DNA of 13,403 nucleotides, from assembly GCF_006345805.1 (NCBI RefSeq), contig NW_021826717.1, positions 1 through 13,403 of the forward strand, in the 5' to 3' direction. The stretch is from Octopus sinensis (lineage: Eukaryota). The position numbers were made by a program, and so were the translations under genes. Each line of letters starts with the position of its first letter. Positions within the stretch are counted from its first letter, which is position 1. The notes below the pieces were generated by a model. It made no database searches. It was not told the origin of the DNA and was given only the letters and a program-made list of their open reading frames with translations. Below, piece by piece: positions 1 through 8,274 of the stretch.

Positions 1-206
1 ATATATATGTATATATATGTACATATATATACGTTATATATATGGATATGTATCTTCAGGTTAATTTCAATATATTATATATCTAATTTTAAATCCTTTA
101 AAAAATAAGCAATACTAGATTAAAAATTACTTTGTAATATTAAGAATTAAAATTTATAAATTATACTTTATAAATATGATTTAGTATATATATATATATA
201 TATATA

Positions 207-344
207 TCAATTATGTAAAATCAAGTATATATCAAATACAGAATGTGAGATATAAATTACACATCAGAATAATTTTTATTCTGATGTATAATCTTTTATA
301 TCTCACATTCTGTATTTGAAATATACTTGATTTTACATGATTGA
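207..344. repeat. Long AT-rich inverted repeat (fold-back) flanked by (TA)n
   Basis: Left arm 207-272 (tcaattatgtaaaatcaagtatatatcaaatacagaatgtgagatataaa...catcagaataa) is the reverse complement of right arm 276-344 apart from about 3 substitutions and a 3-nt indel. Loop is TTT (273-275). (TA)n at 185-207 and 344-355. Confidence 0.9.
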
Positions 345-355
345 TATATATATAT

Positions 356-1011
356 GTACTATTAAATGGCAGTGAAACATGGACACTGGCAAAAAAATTA
401 TTAAAAGGGCGAAATGGAAGCTACGAATGGCCCTAAATGTGAAATAACTGCAATATATGACAAATGAATGCCTTTATGCCGACCTACCGAAATTTAGCGA
501 GAAAATCGGGCAAAACGGTTGCGTCTATCTAGTCACTGGACGTTATCAAAGAAGCTTGAGAGGCGGTTGGATGGAACCTACGCTCGCCTTCTTATGAGAG
601 CTCAAAATCTCTCGTGGAAGCGCCATCCAACCAAAATGCAAATATATGGGAAACTACCACCTGTGTCATCTCTTGTGAAAGGTAGGAGAGTCCAGTTTGC
701 TGGACATTGTTGTAGAGCTGAAAAAGAAGTAATTTCTACTCTTCTCCTCTGGAAGCCACTACTCGCAATACCAGAGGCGCACACTCTCCTACCCGATGTA
801 TCTCCTCTCCAGGGATACAGGCATCCAGCAACAGGACCTCCGTAATGCCATGATGGACTGTGAAGTCTGGCGTAGCATGGTAAATTCCATTGTCTCGACC
901 ACGGTCGAACAATGATGATGATGATCTAGTCACTAAATGTGCCACGCTGGACTGGGAGCATCCAAATTAAATTTGTGGAGCCTACTTCATGGTGATGTAA
1001 GAAACCGGCCA
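356..1011 (+). mobile_element. Old, decayed RTE-type non-LTR retrotransposon fragment (C-terminal part of RT ORF), split by a younger LINE
   Basis: Manual translation with frameshifts and stops: VLLNGSETWTLAKKLL...GSY/RMALNVK*LQYMTNECLYADLPKFSEKIGQ/RLRLSSH (356-536), resuming after the insert as H*MCHAGLGASKLNLW...HG...RP (931-1011). This matches the RTE-like LLYGxETWTL ... LRxxGH ... LWxPxHG ... GRP pattern. Confidence 0.75.
538..923 (+). mobile_element. Young 5'-truncated RTE-type LINE 3' end with (TGA)n tail and 11-bp TSD
   Basis: ORF 519-845 gives WTLSKKLERRLDGTYARLLMRAQNLSWKRHPTKMQIYGKLPPVSSLVKGRRVQFAGHCCRAEKEVISTLLLWKP. Ends in (TGA)n. Direct repeat ATCTAGTCACT at 527-537 and 924-934. 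Near-identical to 7510-7953. Confidence 0.9.
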
Positions 1012-1367
1012 TAGTAATAATGATAATATATATTCCTGGAGTTAACAATTTCAAAAGAAGTCATGTCTGGTCTCTTAGAATAAAGAAGTCAAAGATAAAT
1101 TTCAGAGTGGATAAAATATTCGATCTAGGAATCCCCAAAAGCCACAAGCAAAACAAAATATAATTTGCCGGACGAAAAATTATGGATTACACGCACACAG
1201 ACAAACACACACATACATACAAACACAGAGGTACGCATGCGCACACATTCCATTATATTTGCCTACAGGTATGTCATATTTATTGAAATATACTATCTGC
1301 TTAAAGCAACATTATTAGTATTACAATACAACATTCGTTTATGTGAATATGATATCGTAATATATCA

Positions 1368-1737
1368 TCTCTATATATATAAACGGCAAAATGTGTGTGT
1401 GTGTGTATCCTTTATACAAATCCACAATTTTTCAGTTAGAGGGCTCGCACTTTCTATGGTCATTTAAAACCGTCCAAGGGTGGTCGTGGACATGTGTACT
1501 TTTCCCCAGTCACCACGCAAAGCTATTAAAGAATCAATAAAGCTGACTTTTTTGCGAATTTTCAATCGAAAACCCAATCAAAATGCCCGAAACTTGATAC
1601 GCCAATTGAATGCCTGCTAGCTATATGTTATTGGTCAGAGATTTGGACAGTACTCGCGTGTATGTGCGCGCGCACGCACGCAGCTGTATATGCATGTACT
1701 AGCACTATGGCCCGGCAACGCCGGGTCGTAGTGCTAG
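1368..1737 (+). mobile_element. Non-autonomous Helitron (family A)
   Basis: 5' A|TCTCTATATATATAAACGG. 3' GC-rich hairpin CCCGGC-AAC-GCCGGG followed by GTGCTAG|T. Inserted between A and T with no TSD. Termini resemble those of the 11.5-13.2 kb elements. Confidence 0.85.
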
Positions 1738-2057
1738 TAAGATTATAATGAATGATTATATTTGTTCAATCGTTTATCATATTTTTAAACGTCAACATCA
1801 AAATAAATTAGAATATTATTTCAGCATTTACGAGACAAATTGCAAAGAGATTTTTTTAAGACAAAGCATATGGAAAACTATATATATATGTATATATACA
1901 CGCACACTTATATCAGCGAAGGTATAGCTGCATGATGAAAAGTTTGGTTCCGGGTTCAAATCCCTCCAATCTTGAATTTCTTTGTATTATATTAACCCGA
2001 GGATTATACATTGAAGTAGCAGCCGAGTTTTGCAGTCAATGTATTCGACTATATTAA

Positions 2058-2236
2058 AGGCAAGGAGCAGGTAGAATCGTCAGCATACCAGAAAAAATGC
2101 TTTGCGTTATTTCTTCCCTCTCTTTAAGTTCTGATTTCAAATTCCGCCGAGATCGTCTTTAACATTCATGCTGTCGAGGTCGATAAAATAATTACCTGTT
2201 GAGTACTCCTAAAATTTGAAACCTTGTGCCAAAATA
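2058..2236 (+). mobile_element. tRNA-derived SINE with Nin/Deu-like central domain (diverged)
   Basis: A-box-like head (ggcaaggagcaggtagaatcgtcagc), B-box-like gatttcaaattcc, then ttcatgctgtcgaggtcgataaaataattacc resembling the Nin/Deu core TTTCATCCTT.CGRGGTCGATAAA..GTACC (from memory). Confidence 0.65.
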
Positions 2237-2874
2237 CTTTTCATCCTTTCGCAGACGATGAAATAAGTACCTGTCGAGCACTCCTAAAATTTCAGACCTT
2301 GTGCAAAATTTTGGAAGTATTAGGCGTAGGAGTGGGTATGTGGTAAGTAGCTTGCTTACGAACCACATGGTTCCAGGTTCAGTCGCACTGCGTGGCACCT
2401 AGGGCAAGTGTCTTCTACTATAGCCTCGGGCCGACCAAAGCCTTGTGAGTGGATTTGGTAGACGGAAACTAAATGAAGCCCGTCGTATATATGTATATAT
2501 ATATATGTATGTATGTGTGTGTGTGTATAAGTTTGTGTGTCTGTGTTTGTCCCCCCCCCACACACACACACACACAACATCGCTTGACAACCGATGTTGG
2601 TGTGTTGACGTCCCCGTAGCCTAGCGGTTCGGCAAAAAAAACCGATAGAATAAGTACTAGGCTTACAAAGAATAAGTCCTGGGGTCGATTTGCTCGATCG
2701 ACTAAAGGCGGTGCTCCAGCATGGCCACAGTCAAATGACTGAAACAAGTAAAAGGGTAAAAGAGTAGTATTAATATCTATTCAACTATGCTTTTCATTCT
2801 TTCGGGGTCGAAGAAATAGGTACCTGTTGACCACTCCCAAAATTTCAGACCTTGTACCTAAATTTGAAAGTGTC
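2165..2874 (+). repeat. Three imperfect tandem copies of the 3' part of that SINE, interrupted by a younger SINE
   Basis: Unit ttcatcctttc..gtcgat.aaataagtacctgt.gagcactcc.aaaatttcagaccttgt occurs at about 2165-2236, 2237-2322 and 2789-2874. TATTCGACTATATT flanks the whole block (2042-2055 and 2875-2888). Confidence 0.75.
2323..2765 (+). mobile_element. Full-length tRNA-derived SINE (major family) with internal microsatellite and 7-bp TSD
   Basis: Head ggcgtaggagtgg.t.tgtggtaag (A box) and ggttcagtc (B box), body gcaagtgtcttctactatagcc...gacggaaact..agaagcccgtcg, internal (TA)/(TG)/(CA), tail tgactgaaacaagtaaaag. TSD AGTATTA at 2316-2322 and 2766-2772. Highly similar to 8275-8724. Confidence 0.9.
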
Positions 2875-3285
2875 TATTCGACTATATTCATAACACAAAA
2901 TAAGTCTCCATAACTACACACGACAAAAAAAAAAAAAAAGAAAAAAAACAGCGAAAAACAATTAATTAAATGTTTAGGTATACAGTATGATGTCTGAATT
3001 CCTTATCACATTTCGATACCAGTTTCTTAAATTATATTAATCTATTTGGTATTTTGGGTTAAAACACATCATAAGTAAATAATAGTCAAATAAGAGACGT
3101 TTACTAATTTATAGCTATTTATGTTTATGTTTATTTTTATATTTATTTTTTGTTTTGATTTGTTTTGCTTTCTTTTCTTTCGAGTTGTTTGCCTCGAAAC
3201 AGCTATGTTTTCAAACAGAGATCAAATAGCATGTATGTATACACGTGTGTGAAGGCGCAATTGTATGCAAGTATGTACATATACA

Positions 3286-3286
<1 letters not shown>

Positions 3287-3326
<40 letters not shown>

Positions 3327-3536
3327 TATACATATATATGTATGTATGTATATATATATATATATGCATATACATATATATGTATGTATGTATATATATA
3401 TATATGCATATACATATATATGTATGTATGTATATATATATATATATGCATATACATATATATGTATGTATGTATGTATATATGTATATATGCATATACA
3501 TATATATGTATGTATGTATATATATATATATACATA

Positions 3537-3574
<38 letters not shown>

Positions 3575-3705
3575 TATACTATATAGTATGTATTATCTAT
3601 ATATATATATTATATACATACCTATAAATATATATATATATGCATATACATATGTATGTATGTATGTATCTATATATATATACATACCTATATATATTAT
3701 ATATA
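3287..3705. repeat. Higher-order (TA)n-based minisatellite, unit about 36-44 bp: (TA)n-TGCATATACATATATATGTATGTATG
   Basis: TGCATATAC recurs about 7 times, separated by variable (TA)n. This explains the six overlapping YI/CM-rich ORFs. Confidence 0.9.
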
Positions 3706-3784
3706 ATAAAATATTAGGGAATAAATCCAAACTTACAGGGAAAAATCAGATTTAGGATTGAATCCAATTTTATAGTAAAATATT

Positions 3785-3979
3785 ATATTATATTAAATTA
3801 GAAATAAAACCACTATTAGGCAAATCATACAATGAAAAACTTAAGCCAATACATAAGATTAATTCATTTATATTATTTAATTATAAATTATAAATTCATA
3901 TTATAAATTAATTAATCTTATGTATTGCTTAAGTTTTTCATTGTATGATTTGCCTAATAGTGGTTTTATCTCTAATTTA

Positions 3980-3988
<9 letters not shown>
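3785..3988. repeat. Long AT-rich inverted repeat (about 87-bp arms, about 29-bp spacer) within (TA)n tracts
   Basis: 3785-3872 atattatattaaattagaaataaaaccactattaggcaaatcatacaatgaaaaacttaagccaatacataagattaatt... is the reverse complement of 3902-3988 with about 2 substitutions and one indel. Confidence 0.9.
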
Positions 3989-4050
<62 letters not shown>

Positions 4051-4278
4051 GATTATATATATAGGTATGTATATATATGTATGTAAGCATGTATGCATAT
4101 ATGTATGTTTGTTTCTTATATAGGTTTAAGTACTTATTTACGTTAAACATACACGAAATAAGTAACTGAGTGCTACTGAGTGTGGAGTCAATAGATTATA
4201 TATGCATTATGAATGATGACATTTTACTTCGAAGTTTCGCACCGATTCTAGCTTTGATCTACAAACCACAGTACGCTT

Positions 4279-4290
4279 GTATATATATAT

Positions 4291-4358
<68 letters not shown>

Positions 4359-4410
4359 CATATATATATATACAATATATATATACATGCACACAAACAC
4401 ACACATATAT
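4279..4410. repeat. Compound (TA)n(TG)n microsatellite
   Basis: Direct reading. Confidence 0.95.
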
Positions 4411-4437
4411 GTAACATATGGTATAATTATAAATATA

Positions 4438-4665
4438 TAGGAGTGGCTGTGCGGTAGGAAGCTTGCTTCCCAACCGTATGGTTCCAGATTCAGTCCCACT
4501 GCGTGATACCTTGGACAAGTGTCTTCTACTATAGCCTTGGGCCGACCAAAGCCTTTTGAGTGGATTTGGTAGACGGAAACTGAAAGGAGTCTGTCGTATA
4601 TATATATATATATATATATTATATTATATATATAGATAGATAGTTAGATATAGATAAATATATAG

Positions 4666-4696
<31 letters not shown>

Positions 4697-4745
4697 TGTA
4701 TGTATGTATGTGTGTGTGTATGTGCGTGCGTACATGTGTGTGTGT
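4438..4745 (+). mobile_element. 5' half of major-family SINE ending in expanded microsatellite
   Basis: 4438-4597 aligns by eye to 2327-2487 and 8279-8438, followed by (TA)/(TAGA)/(TATG)/(TG). The 3' half is not seen. Confidence 0.85.
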
Positions 4746-5111
4746 TAGGTTAAAATCGAAACCGTGTCCTGTTGAAGTCCAGCTATACATATTCCAGTAT
4801 TACAATCAGGCATGCAGCTGTGTTGATGTGAAGGGTATATATATTAGAGTTGAATTTCTGGAAATAGTTTGCAAAGTTATATAATAAAACATGAAGTTGG
4901 AAAGTGTTTAAGGAACATGTGGTCTGATCAGTAAGTATCTTGACTGTTGCCATAGTAACGAAACTTAAGCACGCAGAATAAAGCCGCTCCACACAAATCG
5001 ACCTTGAGCTCTGCTGTGCATGCGCACTAAGTTTTAATGTTCTAGCTCACTTCCGTTGTTTACAGCAGTGCTTGGAAAGAACGTGTGTAGCATGTGATCG
5101 TTGCATTGACC

Positions 5112-5192
5112 ATGACAGAAAAAAGTTGAACAGAGAATCTGCATCAAAGTTTGCCAATAGCTTGGCAATATCTGCTTAGAGGCCTATGCAAA
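5112..5192 (+). pseudogene. Mariner transposase N-terminus (HTH1), disrupted
   Basis: MTEK/VEQRICIKVCQ*LGNICLEAYAK resembles the mariner EQRxCIKFCxKLGKSxxExY start. Contains a frameshift and a stop. Confidence 0.75.
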
Positions 5193-5435
5193 GTTTTCAA
5201 AATGATTTCATCGTTCTCGACGCAATCAAGGAGATCTTATGCAAATGAAAGCCGAGTGTCGTCTTGGCATAAAGTTGGCAAACACGCATCTCATACCCAA
5301 ATCTTCAATGATAATGGACTCTACTGAATTGTAACTAATCCGCACATCCACTGATAACTCACAGATAGTGATTTGACAATTTCTGCTCACATCTCCATGC
5401 GCATCTGCGATGTTTCTCTCAGTTCTGCTGGTTGA
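5190..5435 (-). pseudogene. Mariner transposase HTH2/linker to start of catalytic domain, inverted and disrupted
   Basis: STSRTERNIADAHGDVSRNCQITICELSVDVRISYNSVESIIIEDLGMRCVFANFMPR (cf. RPSTS...RxTIRExA...ISYGSVxxILxExLGMRxVxAKxVPR), then in another frame SFA*DLLDCVENDEIILKTL. Confidence 0.85.
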
Positions 5436-5458
5436 CTTTCTGACTTTCGTTGAATTAA

Positions 5459-5824
5459 TACAGAACATGGCCGAGTGGTTAAGAGGTTCGCTTTGCAACA
5501 ATGTGGTTTTGGGTTCAGTCTCACTGGCCGGCACTTTGGGCAACTGTCTTCTACTATAGCCTTGGACCAACCAATGCCTCGTGAGTAAATTCGGTTGACG
5601 GAAACTGTGTGGAATCTAATTGTATATATACGATGTCTTTGTGTTTGCGTTTATTCCTACTCACCATTTTTAAAACACGTGCTGGTTTATTTACGTCCCC
5701 GTAACTTAACGGTTCGGCAGAAGAGACCGATTGAATAAGCATCAACCAGACTTTACAAAAAATAAGTACGAGGGCTGACTTGTTCGATTACACCGTAGTT
5801 CAATGACTGAAACAAGTAAAAGAT
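5459..5824 (+). mobile_element. Older diverged copy of major-family SINE
   Basis: A box tggccgagtggtt, B box ggttcagtc, gggcaactgtcttctactatagcc, gacggaaactg, acgtccccgtaactta.cggttcggca, tail tgactgaaacaagtaaaag. Confidence 0.85.
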
Positions 5825-6553
5825 CACATTCTTTTTGATTTCATTTTTTGGATTTTTTTCTCATAGCTATTTTCTTCTGGTCAAAAATTAAAGAAATACC
5901 TATTCGCAGTACTTGTTGCTATTCTTGCGAAAAAAGTTCCACGCGAGCTTTCTGCGAGAATTACTTTCAGTCGCTCGTTTGCTGCACTAACAATGCCAAA
6001 CACGCCATCTGCTCTTTGCGTCTTCAAGGATCACAATTTCATAGCAAAACTTTTCAAAAACCAACCAACACATTGCATTCTCTACGAGAACACAGTTCCT
6101 GCTCAGTAAGTTTGGTAAAAGCTACACACACACACACACGCGCGCGCGTGCACACACCAAAGCCCCCACCCCCCCCTCACACACACAGGCACATGCACGC
6201 AAGCACACATATATACACACATACACCAATTTGTTTGATACTCCTTCGAGGTCAAATTTTTCACTCATCCTAGAGAATGCGATAACTTTAACCATTTTTT
6301 TTTTTTCTTCTTAATCTTAAATTTTTACAACCCTCTAACATGCGAGGATGGCACTGGAAACAAAGGAGAAAGACAGAAAGAAAGAAAGAAAGAAAGAGTG
6401 GGAGATTAGAGAACTGGTGAATAGGCAACGTTACTCAAAAGTTTCCATATTGGATGTGCAATTTAGCAAAACAACATGCATTTATGTTGATACACGAGAC
6501 TAAAACGTTGACATTTAAAATCGACCTTTTCTTTATGTATTGCCAAAGAACAA

Positions 6554-6556
6554 GTG

Positions 6557-6588
<32 letters not shown>

Positions 6589-7022
6589 TGTGTGTGTGTA
6601 TAAAAGTATTAGTGTTTGTATGTATGTGTATATGTAAACATGCATGCCTGAGTGTGGGTGTGTGAGGATGGATAGATGGATGGGGGGATGAAGTGTGGAA
6701 TGATGACTGGATGCGTGTATGTATTTACACGTGTACGTGCAAGGTGGCGTTTGTATAAGTGTAATTCTGAATACGTGTATGCTACGCATGTGTGTGTGTG
6801 TGTGCGTGTATGTATATGTCTGTGTGTGTATACACATAATTGTGTGTACCTTTATGAAAAATATATATGTATCTATGTATATGTATATATATATATACAT
6901 ATGCGTAGGTATATATGGACACATACATACGTAAACAAACGCAAATTCAAAAATACGCACCTGCGCGCGCACGTGTGTATGTTTGTGCGTGTGAGATCTG
7001 TGCGTGCATGTGTGTGTGTGTG
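6554..7022. repeat. Low-complexity (TGCG)n/(TG)n/(TA)n region
   Basis: (TGCG)n at about 6556-6590, followed by mixed purine-pyrimidine alternating repeats. Confidence 0.85.
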
Positions 7023-7070
7023 TATTATTGAGTTTTGTTTGTGTCTGTTTATAAGCAACGCGTCTGTTTA

Positions 7071-7147
7071 TAATCATCATTATCAGCATCAGCATCACCA
7101 GCAGCAGCAGCAGCAACAGCAACACCACCACCACCACTACCACCACC

Positions 7148-7181
<34 letters not shown>

Positions 7182-7248
7182 TCATCACCATCATCCATAT
7201 AGCAATAACAACAACAACAACAGCAACAACAACAATAGTTATAATAAT
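7071..7248. repeat. Compound trinucleotide microsatellite (CAT/CAG/CAA/CAC/AAC/AAT)
   Basis: Direct reading. Gives poly-Q/H/N in ORF 6676-7395 and poly-M/V/L on the minus strand. Confidence 0.95.
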
Positions 7249-7509
7249 GTGGCAGAGGAGAGGGAAATCTTTCATTTGCCACAGGGGTGTTGGGATAAGA
7301 GAGGCAATTTACAAAGACGGGTAGCCCTTAATATGGTGGAGAACTTACATAAAATGGAAGGACGTAGAACCAGCACAAAACAACGCCCAAAATGAGACAA
7401 GCAGTGTATGTGGTGCATAAATAGTTGAATCTATGGATTATATAGACCTGTCTTGATACAGGGAGAGGGGCAGCTCTAACTACAGTCAATATGAGGACCC
7501 TTAGAGGTC

Positions 7510-7953
7510 AAAGGTAGGAGAGTCCAGTTTGCTGGACATTGTTGTAGAGCTGAAAAAGAAGTAACTTCTACTCTTCTCCTCTGGAAGCCATCTACTCGCA
7601 ATACCAGAGGGCGCACATTCTCCTACCCTGATGTAATCTCCAGGGATACAGGCATCCAGCAACAGGACCTCCGTAATGCCATGATGGACCGTGAAGTCTG
7701 GCGTAGCATAGTAAATTCCATTGTCTCGACCACGGTCCCAGGGATACAGGCATCCAGCAACAGGACCTCCGTAATGCCATGATGGACCGTGAAGTCTGGC
7801 GTAGCATAGTAAATTCCATTGTCTCGACCACGGTCCCAGGGATACAGGCATCCAGCAACAGGACCTCCGTAATGCCATGATGGACCGTGAAGTCTGGCGT
7901 AGCATGGTAAATTCCATTGTCTCGACCACGGTCGAACAATGATGATGATGATG
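7510..7953 (+). mobile_element. Second 5'-truncated copy of the young RTE-type LINE, with internal 98-bp triplication
   Basis: Translates KGRRVQFAGHCCRAEKEVTSTLLLWKPSTRNTRGRTFSYPDVISRDTGIQQQDLRNAMMDREVWRSIVNSIVSTTV, with the RTE-like DRxxWR motif. (TGA)n tail. Probable TSD AGAGGTCA (7503-7510) / AGTGGTCA (7954-7961). Confidence 0.9.
7640..7933 (+). repeat. 3 x 98-bp near-perfect tandem repeat
   Basis: Units start CCAGGGATAC at 7640, 7738 and 7836. The only difference seen is agcatAgta (units 1, 2) versus agcatGgta (unit 3). Confidence 0.95.
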
Positions 7954-7967
7954 AGTGGTCAGAGATC

Positions 7968-8220
7968 AGCTCATCACTAATTGTTAGCGTGTTAAACTCT
8001 TGATCGTAAGATTGTGGTTTCGGTTCCTGGACCGGGCGACGCTTTGTGTTCTTGAGGAAAACACTTTATTTCACGTTGCTCCAGTCCACTCAGCTGGGTA
8101 AAATGAATAACACTGCGACGGACCGGCGTCCCCGTCCATGTGGGAACCGGGAAAGCCATGGAAATCGGGAAAGCGGCTCTTTTGAGTCGGAACGACTAGA
8201 GAAGGTAACCTGTACCTTCT
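7968..8220 (+). mobile_element. Diverged tRNA-derived SINE of a third family
   Basis: tRNA-like head (gttagcgtgttaaactc...ggtttcggttcctggaccggg), then gtgttcttgaggaaaacactt, ccactcagctgg and ctgcgacggaccggcgtccc.gtcca, typical of conserved SINE body domains. The head resembles that of 9339-9415. Confidence 0.6.
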
Positions 8221-8274
8221 TTTACCTCACCATGGGGCAAGAGTCCTCTTCCGACTATTTTTCTTCGATTTAGT

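Larger units (their letters stand above)
4917..5435. mobile_element. Mariner (Tc1/mariner) relic: 5' TIR-like end, promoter region and rearranged transposase remnants
   Basis: TIR-like atgtggtctgatcagtaagtatcttgactg at about 4917-4946, plus transposase fragments on both strands (next two features). No matching right TIR seen. Confidence 0.8.

Noticed and set aside
28-60. Minus-strand CTGAAGA followed by a weak hairpin and AACGTA
   Set aside because: No GAAA core, and the hairpin is just TA repeat.
1918-1965. B-box-like ggttccgggttcaaatccc
   Set aside because: Probably a decayed SINE head. Too short to delimit and no tRNA cloverleaf.
3178-3210. GAG...CTC-GAAAC-AGCT resembling the 3' half of a hammerhead
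   Set aside because: No CUGANGA upstream; explained equally well by a small inverted repeat TTTCGAG/CTCGAAA.
4222-4245. Minus-strand GAA-ACTTCGAAGT-A palindrome after a GAAA
   Set aside because: No CUGANGA or stem II found upstream.
3165-4518. Many overlapping ORFs rich in Y/I/C/M/H/T/V
   Set aside because: Translations of (TA)n, (TG)n and (TATG)n repeats, which lack stop codons. The same applies to similar ORFs at 2356-2747, 6463-7282, 8324-8686, 8957-9297 and 10331-10888.
7640-7933. Regular repeats that could suggest a CRISPR array
   Set aside because: Contiguous units without unique spacers, derived from LINE coding sequence, in a eukaryotic context.
7501-7939. Minus-strand ORFs of 142 and 115 aa with repeated peptides
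   Set aside because: Antisense readings of the triplicated LINE segment; likewise 602-784 and 736-945.
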